IMG/VR virus record: IMGVR_UViG_3300021400_000020
Location: 1 to 64,000 of that record
Length of the DNA: 64,000 bases
Reading direction: 5' to 3' (one strand)
From: a virus
The position numbers and the translations under genes were made by a program. The notes under the pieces are model-generated. The model ran no database searches. It was given only the letters and a program-made list of their open reading frames with translations, and was not told the DNA's origin. Below, one piece after another: positions 33,584 to 43,600 of the stretch. The first letter of the stretch is position 1. Every line of letters begins with the position of its first letter.

Positions 33584-34036
33584 ATGAGTTGTTTTATTAT
33601 TGACAAGATTGAGTATGTGAAGGCAGCTGGACTTCTCTACGGCGTCACAGAACAAGACGAAGACATGCTTCACTCGCGTTTCCTGGCAAACATCCGAGAG
33701 AACTTCATGGATGCCTACAAGAAGAACGTGCAAAGCGTTAACGAACGCTACAACGAAAACACCAAACCCGAAGAAGAGGAATACGATGAGATGTTTGAAG
33801 TCTATCGGGTGTTGGGACATGAGATTGGTACCAACACGAACGCCACCATGAACATGGAACAGTTCCGATGGAGCCTGTATCACTTCTTTGGCTCGGTCCT
33901 CTACCAAATCGAGAACCAACAACTGCACATGGAAGTGTCCGCATACTTCTACCAGGTAATGACAAACCTCTTCTATAAAAAGATTCACCAATCTGGAACT
34001 TGGTGGGGTGAAGTCTCCGTTGATGCTAATGCCTAA
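33584..34036 (+). CDS. Hypothetical protein
   Basis: 150 aa. Confidence 0.65.
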   Translation: MSCFIIDKIEYVKAAGLLYGVTEQDEDMLHSRFLANIRENFMDAYKKNVQSVNERYNENTKPEEEEYDEMFEVYRVLGHEIGTNTNATMNMEQFRWSLYHFFGSVLYQIENQQLHMEVSAYFYQVMTNLFYKKIHQSGTWWGEVSVDANA

Positions 34037-34082
34037 TATATAATAAGGTGTGATAAGTGAAAAGCAAAAATTCAAAATCGCA

Positions 34083-34433
34083 ATGGGAACAAAAAGAAAA
34101 CCAAACTATAGTGCAAAGATTGCCAACATGAACCGCGCTATGATTAACGAAATGTGGAACATCATAGGACAGCGGGCTAAGACCGATGACCGTTATAAAG
34201 CATCGAATCAATTTTGCGAGCGCACTTTCGAGAGCGAACATGAAGTTTGCGAGGTGTCGTTTGGCGGGCATGACTATGGTGTGACAGGCATTCGCATTGA
34301 AGAACATTGGAAATGGGGTAGAAGTGTTAGTATCACAGCGCATGATGGTTATGATTACTCAGGTCTTGATACTGAAAGTTTGTGCGTTTTGCTCTCTGCT
34401 TTGCGCCGCCAGCGTTGCAGAAAGGTAGCTTGA
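34083..34433 (+). CDS. Hypothetical protein (start moved to ATG 34083)
   Basis: 116 aa. Confidence 0.5.
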   Translation: MGTKRKPNYSAKIANMNRAMINEMWNIIGQRAKTDDRYKASNQFCERTFESEHEVCEVSFGGHDYGVTGIRIEEHWKWGRSVSITAHDGYDYSGLDTESLCVLLSALRRQRCRKVA

Positions 34434-34503
34434 CAATTCCGTTACTCCTTAACTCCGTAGATATAAAATCAAAATCAGTTGTAATATAATAAGGTATAAG
34501 ACT

Positions 34504-34683
34504 ATGGCAAAGAAAACAACGAAAGCAGAACTCAGACACGCCATCTTTAAATTCAAAGATGCGATCCGTGAAGAACTCGTCAACAACTATGCAAAGTACG
34601 GAGAGAACCCTCCGAACATCGAACTTTGGAAGAAGATGCACGACATCTGGAACGAAATGAACGAGTATTGCAAATCCATCTAA
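34504..34683 (+). CDS. Small hypothetical protein (below the ORF-track cutoff)
   Basis: 59 aa, MAKKTTKAELRHAIFKFKDAIREEL..., translated by hand. Preceded by atataataaggt, as is the 34050 ORF. Confidence 0.45.
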   Translation: MAKKTTKAELRHAIFKFKDAIREELVNNYAKYGENPPNIELWKKMHDIWNEMNEYCKSI

Positions 34684-34740
34684 TCTCAAAACCTGCTGCA
34701 CAACATATTTTGTGCGGCAGGTTAATCCAAGAAACCCGTG

Positions 34741-34748
34741 TAACTTTG
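34741..34748 (+). promoter_or_regulatory. -7 box TAACTTTG
   Basis: 56 nt upstream of ATG 34804. Confidence 0.45.
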
Positions 34749-34803
34749 CATGGGATAGTCACTAACTAAAACAGCCCTCGACAACACGGTTAAGTCATGA
34801 ATC

Positions 34804-35490
34804 ATGAAAAAAGTATTCGATTCCATTAACCTTGACATTCCTGAAGTGGAATCCTTTATCGAAGAACAAGGTCTTTCGTTCGTATGTAATGACAAGATGC
34901 AGGTGGAAGCATCAGAAGAGGATTTTGAAACCCTCTTGGAACGTTTCCCTTTCATCGACTATGTGGAAGCAGAAGAAAAATCCTTGCAAGATATTGCAGA
35001 CGAGAATGACTTGTTAGTCGTTGAAACAACCAGCTCGCGCAATGGTTACCCATCGAATCTACGTAAGGCAATCACAGGATTCAGCGGCTTTGAAGAAGCA
35101 AAACGTATTGCAAGTGAGAACGGACTGACACTTGTCTGGCTTGATTTGCGTGAAGGTTGGAAACTCTGGCATCGTGGCGACACCGCCACTGAACCGATGA
35201 CCATCACCAGCAACGACTTCGGAGACGACTACAACTTTGAGGACAACAGCGAAGAAATCATGCAGTGTGCTTACGATGTGATAGCAGACTTAGCTAACCA
35301 AGGTGCATCGTTTGACGACATTCGTTCCTACATGGCGAAGGTGGAAAAGATAACAGATGCTATCAAGAAGGCAGACTACCGCCAAGTGGTTGTAACCTAT
35401 AAAGGTGAATACTACGACACCATCGAGGAGCACCCTATCTATTTCCACTTCGATTCCAAGTACACACAACTTGCCGCAATAGAATCATAG
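34804..35490 (+). CDS. Hypothetical acidic protein
   Basis: 228 aa. Confidence 0.7.
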   Translation: MKKVFDSINLDIPEVESFIEEQGLSFVCNDKMQVEASEEDFETLLERFPFIDYVEAEEKSLQDIADENDLLVVETTSSRNGYPSNLRKAITGFSGFEEAKRIASENGLTLVWLDLREGWKLWHRGDTATEPMTITSNDFGDDYNFEDNSEEIMQCAYDVIADLANQGASFDDIRSYMAKVEKITDAIKKADYRQVVVTYKGEYYDTIEEHPIYFHFDSKYTQLAAIES

Positions 35491-35496
35491 CGAATC

Positions 35497-35524
35497 ATAT
35501 TAACCCCATAAACCCCATTACCCC
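35497..35524 (+). repeat. CCCAT-type tract running into ATG 35525
   Basis: attaaccccataaaccccattaccccATG. Confidence 0.85.
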
Positions 35525-35944
35525 ATGAAAAAAATAATCACCCTGATAGCACTCTTGTGCATCACCATCACACTCTCCGCACAGAACAACAACCCTCGTC
35601 CAGACGACATCTATTCCCTTGCCAATGGTTATAACGAGAAAGTCCAAAAGGAAAAAATCAATCAGGAACGCATGGCGAAAGTAGAAGCCAACAAGAACGC
35701 CATCTTTGCAGCTGGCACAGCACTCAAGTCATCCGCCAACTGGCAATGGGTAGCTTTCGGCAGTGCAGCCGTCGGTGGAGCAACATTAGCCATCGGCTTC
35801 GACCAGAAAGAGGATGCACTGAAAATCGTCGGTTACACCTGCATGGGCTTCGCACTCGTCTCGCAAGTCGTTTCCATCACCAAGAAATACAAGGCAGGAA
35901 AACAACTCCAAATCGGTGCAGGAAAAATTACCTACACCTTCTAA
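35525..35944 (+). CDS. Secreted/membrane hypothetical protein
   Basis: 139 aa. Signal-like MKKIITLIALLCITITLSAQ and two hydrophobic segments near the C-terminus. Confidence 0.7.
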   Translation: MKKIITLIALLCITITLSAQNNNPRPDDIYSLANGYNEKVQKEKINQERMAKVEANKNAIFAAGTALKSSANWQWVAFGSAAVGGATLAIGFDQKEDALKIVGYTCMGFALVSQVVSITKKYKAGKQLQIGAGKITYTF

Positions 35945-36131
35945 ATGCCATCCGATATAATCGACTGAACCATCGCGCTCACCACGTTCCGACGAATGGT
36001 GAGCCACATCGGGTAGGGGATGCTCGACAGTCCTCTACCCACTCCTTCACCCATCTTGGGTGACGTGTTTCATGTTGTTGCACATTTTTAGTTGCGCACA
36101 TGATGTATTTAAAAGTTTGAAAATTTTTTGG

Positions 36132-36162
36132 AGTGGCTGCCCGTGAGGGTCGCCACTTTTTC
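36132..36162 (+). terminator. Intrinsic terminator
   Basis: AGTGGC-N14-GCCACT followed by TTTTTC. Confidence 0.55.
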
Positions 36163-36444
36163 TTTCGAAAATTATGTTCTACAACATATTTCCCAAAATA
36201 ATTAGAAAATAATTTGGCAGTTCAAACCGAAAACCATACATTTGCACTGTCAAAACCAGAATTGCGGTACGAAATGGATGCCGCCCAACAGCGGCTATTT
36301 TTGTATCTGCCAACATTGTAATAAACCTATTATATCCTATAGGCAATAATGAGTCGGGTAGTGGTGACACCCCGAAAGTTTCCGCAGTTTTGGACTTTGA
36401 CAACTCTTATTGCCTATTTTTTATTTTGTCAAAACCAAAACTTT

Positions 36445-36891
36445 ATGAGTAAAAGAATCAAAGCCCTTACAAATCAGCAGCGTGACTATGCCAAGATGCT
36501 GAAGGAGTATTTCAGCTTCCATCTTCGAGGCATGGAAGTGAAGGAAGAAGGCGGCCAGGTACAGGCGCAAGTCATCTACAGCGATTACAAGCACATCGAC
36601 ACCGTTCGACACGAACTCGCACAGATGATGCCAGAAGTGGAATTCACAAAGCTTCGACGCGACTTTTCCGATTCGGCAAAGATGTGGGCGTTGCGAAGCA
36701 TCTTATGGGAAGACTGCCCTGTGCCTGTCATCTACGTGCAGCGTGGAGAAACGCTCGTCCAAACCACACTCCGAGACATCGCCATCAGCGAACTCCGACA
36801 ACTGGAACTCGAAGACGGCGACATCCAGTATCAGGATTACGAGACAAAGCATCTCGACAACGAACGACTCGAAGAAAACTCTTGGAATTAA
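36445..36891 (+). CDS. Hypothetical protein (start moved to ATG 36445)
   Basis: 148 aa beginning MSKRIKALTNQQ. Confidence 0.6.
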   Translation: MSKRIKALTNQQRDYAKMLKEYFSFHLRGMEVKEEGGQVQAQVIYSDYKHIDTVRHELAQMMPEVEFTKLRRDFSDSAKMWALRSILWEDCPVPVIYVQRGETLVQTTLRDIAISELRQLELEDGDIQYQDYETKHLDNERLEENSWN

Positions 36892-36956
36892 CCACCGTGC
36901 CCGAAAGTTCTGCTTTCGGGATTCCCATTCATCAACCCCATCAACCCCATTTTCCC
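36892..36956 (+). repeat. Hairpin A + CCCAT tract module
   Basis: Hairpin at 36892-36920. It is followed by attcccattcatcaaccccatcaaccccattttccc, which abuts ATG 36957. Confidence 0.9.
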
Positions 36957-37121
36957 ATGATTCTACTACTTATCATCGGCTCCCTCGTCTCAGCCATTAT
37001 CGACATCCTCTTGAAGAGACGTAACGGCTTCACGACCGAAGAGCAAGCCCTGCTCCAGTCGAACAGCATCAACGAGGACGAACTCCGAGAACTCCGCAAG
37101 AACCTCTCCAACTTCAGGTAA
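36957..37121 (+). CDS. Small membrane protein
   Basis: 54 aa, MILLLIIGSLVSAIIDILLKRR... Flanked on both sides by complete repeat modules, like neighbouring genes. Confidence 0.5.
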   Translation: MILLLIIGSLVSAIIDILLKRRNGFTTEEQALLQSNSINEDELRELRKNLSNFR

Positions 37122-37125
37122 TCCA

Positions 37126-37224
37126 CCACCGTTCCCGAAAGTTCTGCTTTCGGGTATTGTCCTTCTCAGTACCCGAAAGTTCCGCTTTCGGTTCCCCATC
37201 AACCCCATTAACCCCATCAACCCC
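37126..37224 (+). repeat. Full module: hairpin A, box + hairpin A, (AACCCCATY)x3-4
   Basis: Hairpins at 37126-37154 and 37172-37191. At 37194-37224 there are four C4 runs separated by 5 nt, and the last unit forms CCCCATG. Confidence 0.95.
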
Positions 37225-37521
37225 ATGCTTACACTCAACGATATCCGCAAACTGCAAGGTCCAGACTCCGACATCGAATGGACTTGCACCTCCATCAGCG
37301 AGGAACTGTCAGAGACATGCAGGAACTTCTTCACCCTGCCCATCCTCCTCACACTCTTTTTCAAGTTCGAAGTAGAGTGGGAGGGACACCTGCTCGAAAT
37401 GCAGCAGAACGCATCCAACGTAAAGCTGCGACTCGACAACCGAACTGCCACCATCCCCGTCAACACCCGTGGCTACGTCACCTCCTCCGACTACGCTCAA
37501 GCATTTGCCTCCCTTGTCTAA
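37225..37521 (+). CDS. Hypothetical protein
   Basis: 98 aa. Confidence 0.6.
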   Translation: MLTLNDIRKLQGPDSDIEWTCTSISEELSETCRNFFTLPILLTLFFKFEVEWEGHLLEMQQNASNVKLRLDNRTATIPVNTRGYVTSSDYAQAFASLV

Positions 37522-37554
37522 TTCCGTTGTTTCCCTGCAATCCTTTTTCTCTCG

Positions 37555-37619
37555 CCACCGTCCCCGAAAGTTTCGCTTTCGGTCTTTGATTTCTCAGTAC
37601 CCGAAAGTTTTGCTTTCGG
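37555..37619 (+). repeat. Hairpin A x2 at the convergent junction with the tape measure gene
   Basis: Copies at 37555-37582 and 37600-37619 (boxed). Confidence 0.9.
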
Positions 37620-37679
37620 CACAAAAGCGAGGAAGTGACAACAACCGTTGCCACTTCCCTGCTTTTTCGTGTTTGTCAA

Positions 37680-40600
37680 CTATCCTCTACCTCTGCGTTG
37701 CATGAACCTTTCAGCCTTCTTCATCCGCTGACGAACTCCATTGTCGCCATACATGTCCACGTGGGCATCAATGCCAGCTTCCAACTGTGCATGAAGGGCT
37801 TTGAGCATCGCGGTATTCGCGGCAATCAAAGACTGCATACCTTCCATGCTGTCACCACCATCGTCCACCGCTGCACCCGCATCGGTCGTTGTGCCAATCT
37901 CGTCAAGATTGCCATCCGCATAAGTGGCAACACCTCGTTGCTTCCTCCGCTTCGGATAGTTAGGAATGACACCCGTCTTACTGAGCACTTGAATGTTGTC
38001 CCAGATTTCAGGGTAGTTCAGAACCAGCTTCTGCGTCGTTGGTCCATCAATCACGGCTTCAGGCATCTTCTCTGAGAAGATACCATAATGCGCACCACCT
38101 CGGTAAATCTTCGTCTGTAGCTTGTCCTCGCGCTTAGCCATGTAAGTCTCACCATCTGCACCCAACACAGGATAACGACCTTCAGCATAGGTGAGGAAAC
38201 CTGCTTTCAACTGTCCCGAACTGGCTCCCGTGGCAGCGGCTACCTCGCTCTTGCTCTTATTGATAGCACCTAAAGCGAGTCCTAACAGCGAACTCAAAGC
38301 AAGACTGATGGCAGCACCGATGGCGAGACCCAGCCAGCCTTTCTTGGCAACTTCTTGCGATGTTCCTTTTATGCCACCAACGGCTGCTTCTGCCGTGCTC
38401 GTACTGCCTTCCACTTCCAGCTCGGCAATCTTCTTAGCACCGTAGTCCGCTAAGCTCTTTTGACGAAGGGCTTGTATCTGCGTTTGCTTCTGCGCTTCAA
38501 GTTGCACCTCCATCTGGTCCACCGTGCGCTTGGTGCTGACTTGTATCAGATACTGCTGAACCAAGTTCTTGGTCGTCGTCAACACGTCGGTCAACAACTG
38601 CTTGGCGGCATTCTGGCGGTCTTCCTTGCTACCAAATACACCCTCGCCGAAACTCTGGGCAAAACTGCTCATCTCATTGCTGTATTCCTGCAAGGTGTCG
38701 AAGTCTCGTGCTGCACGCTCCACCATCTTCTGCATATACTTCTCTTGCAAATCGGTCATGGCAGTGTAGCTGTCACTCAGAGCGATATTCTGCTCCTCCT
38801 GCAACTCCCTCACCGACATCTGCAAGCTGGCGCGACGTGCCTCTAACGACTGAATCTCGTTCTCGGCTGCCTTGCGCTCTTCGTCGGACATAGAACTGCT
38901 GCGACGGGCATAGTCCAACTCCTTGGCGGCAAGACGGGCAGTCGTCTCGGCTTCCTGAGCCTTCATGTTCTCGATGTGCTTGTCTGTCTCCTGCTGCAAG
39001 AGGGCGATATAGGCTTTCTTGGCTTCCATCTGAGCATAAATCACGTCTATCTCAGCATTGGCGGAAACCAACTCACCACCAAAGCCCCAACTGCTGGCAT
39101 AGTTCGCGGCAGTCTGCCCCGACTGGCTTCTGCGCTCTCGGTCTTCGGCTAACTCGCTCTGAGTCCTGCCACCAAGTCCCTCTTCCCTGCGACCTGTCCA
39201 AATCTTGTCAGCCACACGGGTGTACTCCTTGGCTGCCTTGCGCTCGGCATCGATGATGTCGTCGGAATACTGCTGGAGCTTCTGAAGAAAGGCGGTCAAC
39301 TCGGCATCGGCATTGTCTCCTAAGCCCTCAAACCACACGTGGTAGATATTATCCTCCTTGCGCATGGCTTCTTTCAGCTGCTCGATGGTCAGGGAATAGG
39401 CATCCCTCGCCCATGTCTGCAACTGCGCCAGACGCTTCTCGGCTAATGCCTTCGTGCGCTCCTCGGCTTCTTCGTTGATACCGAAGATAAAACCGATGGT
39501 GTCCATCGACCGACGAAACTCTTCACGCACCTTGCCGGTGAAGTCACCCTCAAGAAGTATCTTCTCGATGGCATCCTTGTGCTTGTGAATAATCTCCTGT
39601 ATCTTGGTAGCATCCTCCTGCATCTTACGGGTGGCTCCGTCATACTCACTGCGCACATCATACATGAACTTCTGAATCAGGCTCCAATTCGCCTTTCTCA
39701 ACTTCAGTTCATTGTTCCAGTGCTCCACAAACTGCTTGCTCTCCGTGGCGTTGAGCTGCTTCGTCCACTGCTTTCTCAACTTCATCCTGTCAGCCAACCA
39801 GACAAGTTCATTCTCGTTGTTCCTGCGCTCGGCTTCCTCCTCGGTAATGGATTCCTCGGCTAACCGCTGCTTGATAAGGGCTTCACGCTCCTGGTAGTAG
39901 GCATCCAACTGCGCGAGAGTGGCATCACGCTCGTCTTTTGCCTCACGCTTCCATTTGTCCTTGTCACGATCGCTATTCTTGTCACTCTTATAGTTGCCTT
40001 GAATTGTGTCGTGGCGACGGTCAAGCTCTGCCTTCACCTTGTCATACTCTTCCTTCACACTTCTCTGAGCATCCTCCATGCTCATACTGTCATCAAGCAC
40101 TCCCTTCTTCACGAGGTCGGCATAAATCTTGCTGAATTGCTGCCCCACTTTCAAGCCGTTCTCAACCACGCTGTCCAGATAATCAGCATAGTTCTTCAAG
40201 GTCTCGGTATCCATTTTGTCAAGGGTGGTACCATTCTTTCCCCATACATTCGGATGGGCAATGTCCTCCCACTGATTACGTACCTGTCCTTGCAGATAGC
40301 GGTTGTTGTTCTCCACACGCTGAAGCACCTGACCGCTCATCCGTGGACCTGCCTGATGAGCAAGGTTCTGATAGTCGGCTGAGAGTTCAACGAGACGCTG
40401 GGCTAACTGCTGACGTTCTTTCTTGTCGGTACTGCCATTGAACTGCTTCTGCAAGTTCTGAATCTCCTTGAGGGTGCTATTCAGCATCTTCAAGGTGTCT
40501 TGGTAGCTACGGGTGACAGCTTCGTCCATCTGAGCACCTGTACTCTCTGCAAGACGCACACGCTCACCACGCTCCTTCACAAGGTCGTTCCACAACTTCT

Positions 40601-43600
40601 TGATGTCGTCGAAATTATCATAGATGGCATCCTTGGCAGTCTTGTTCAGCTTCAAGCCACTCTGCGTAATGAGATATTCCATCATGTTACCTTGACGCAT
40701 GTTCTGAACGCCCCAGTTGTCCTGGCTGTTTTTCAACTCCGACTTAGGAAGGGCATCCACCAGTCGCTGCATCGTCCTACGAAGCGCACTCTCAATGACA
40801 CTCGTATTGCGGTCGCCTACTTCCTCGGTCAACTTGTCGCGCACGCCCGTCCAACGGTTTTCACGAGTCGTTCCATACTTCTCTTCCAACAGCTTTTCAG
40901 CGGCTTCCTGCTTCTTCAGCACGATAGTTTCACGAATCTTGCTGTTCAGGAGGTCACGGGCTTGCGTCTGGTTCTTTAATAGGTTCGTCTCGCTAAGTTG
41001 AAAACCGAGGTAGCTCTGCATCACGCCATTTAAGTCGTTAATCGTCTTCTTCAACTCTCGATGGCTATCTACATTCTGCTCATTGTTCTTGGTGAGCTGG
41101 GAAATACGATCCGAGAGTTGACGACTCTTTGCAATCATCTCGTCCTCCTCCTTGGCGGCGGCAGCGATGGCTTCGTTAAACTCCTTTGTGGCTTCTACTC
41201 CCTTGCGGATGTACTGAATCAACTTAATGATACCATCAAGCACAGCGAATACAATAAAGGTCTTGAGTGCCGACTTCAATCCTTCTATCGCCACCTTGAA
41301 TGTCTGTGCAGCTCCTTGGGCTGCAACCAGCCGCTGCCAGAACTGCTTGAGGGCTCTGCTACCATGTTCCAAGGCTTGACGAAACTTCGTGCCGATATTC
41401 AACTGAAGGGAAATCAACGTAAGAATAAGCGCCTTGATGGTGGATTGCCACGAGACGATACTCTGAGAACCTTTCTGCATCCACGAAAGGAAATTGCCCA
41501 AGCCCTTGATGATACCATTGAAGAAGTCATAGATAACACTGTTGGTAAACAGCTCATTGAAGGCATTTCTCAGTCGGGCAAGACTACCTGCGGCATTATC
41601 CTGCACCTTCGTGAACTCACGCGACATCACACTCACATTGCCCATACCGACGGTGGCACTCTCATAACCCTCACTGGCATACTGCAAGGCATCACCCAAG
41701 GCAGCGGTATTTGTCGCCAGAGAACTGAGCGTCATCGCCAGTCCTGCACTCTGTTTCATGCGTCCTGTACCCACGGCATTCATCACCTCCTGCACCTTAC
41801 CTGCCCTGTCTTCGGCATCCTCAATCTTTTCCAACACGGCAACCAAGGCTTCATAGCTCTTGCCCTCGTCAATCAGACTTTGCAGATAGGTAGGAGCCAG
41901 CTCTGCGGCTTTCGCCATCTCGAAGGTGTGGTTCATCACGCCACGAATCAAGTGTATCAAGGCGGTACTGCCCTGCTCTGCACTGATACCGACGGCATCC
42001 AAACGTCCTCCCAAGGCAATCAGTTGGGGCATGGTCATCTTGGCTGTAGCACCCACTGCGCCAAGTCTTCTCACGTACTCCATGATACCCTGATAGCTGG
42101 CGGCGGTATTGTTACCGAGGTTCAGAATGGAACTACCTGCGGCATCCAAGGCTTCGCCAACATCGTCACCATGTTTTTTCGTCTCACCCAGCACGTCATT
42201 CACCTTTGCCAGTCCTGCAATGGCTTCCGCTCCACCAATATCTTCACCAAGGGTGGCATTGATACGTTCACCCATCTCCACGAAACCCTTCATGCCTTCA
42301 AGCCCATGCTCGGTATAGATACCTAACTTACCTGCTTGCGTGGCAAACTCCATCAGGTCGTGGGTGGTGGTGCGGGTGTCGAGGTCCTGCAAGCTCTTCG
42401 ACAAGCGGCGCACCTCCTCAGTCGTCATGTTCGTTACCTTCTGCACATTCGTCATCTGGTCACTGAGTTCCATGATATGCCCGAACTGCTTGCGTACCTC
42501 GTTCATGATGGCATTGAAGCCCAGATAGACGGCGATATAGCTTTTGAGTCGGTTGATGGCGCCACGAATACCACTTTGATGATGTGTCCAAGTTTCTGTC
42601 AACTCCTTCATCTGCTTGTCAATGGCTTTCATCTGCGCCGCCTTCGCTATATACTCGTCCTGCGTCAGTTCTGTATTGTTGATTTCGAATTTCAGACGCT
42701 TATACGCCATCCTCAATTCGTCGATATTCTTCACACCCTTTGGGTTTTTAAGAATTTCATCAAACCGCTCGGCAGTCAAGGTGGCAGTCTCCTGCAACAT
42801 GTCGAGACGCTGTAACTCGCGCTCAACGGCAATGATTTTTTCTTGTCCGTCCTTGCTCGTCACGTCAAGCGTACTCTTATAGGCACGGAGTCCATTGCGT
42901 AAGCGGTCGAGGTCGGTCAACGTACCCTTGAAGCCATTGCCGCTGTTCACATTCTCCAAGTATTTCTTGGCTTCCAGCACACGGTCATTGGCTTGCTGCA
43001 AGTCGGCAGTCATCTTGCGGATAGTTTCATCAACCCTCGATAAACCTCCCTCATTGGTGGTCTCCAAGTTCTCCCTGTACTGCTGCAAGAGCTTGATATT
43101 CTCCTGAATCTTGGTGGTACTCTGCGACCCCGATGTGTAGTTCATCGCTTGCTGGGCTTTGTCTTCCAACGAGGTCTGCGCACGATGCTGGATGGTGTCG
43201 TTGATGGCTTCCAACTGGTTCTTCACCCGCTCAAGCACCCGCTCTTCCATGTTTCCGGCATCCACCATGCCCTGCAAGAAACGTTGCACATCCGACAACT
43301 GCTTGTCGGTGGCGTTGCCGATGTCGGCAAGGACATTTCCTCCACCTGTCTTCATCCAGTTACTGAACTTAACGCTGTTGATGCGCTTCTCATAAATCGC
43401 CCATTGCGATTGGGTCTTGGCAAGGGTCTGCTGCTCCTGCTTCAGCACCTCAATCACACGCAAATTCGTGGCAACACTGTTGTTGGAGGCGTTCTCGCTG
43501 GTTTGCCAGACAGATTGAAAACCTGCCTTCAGTTCGTTCAAGCGGTTCTTGATGAGCTGCATCACCTCCGACTTACGGGCAAACTCCTCGGCGGAAACGC

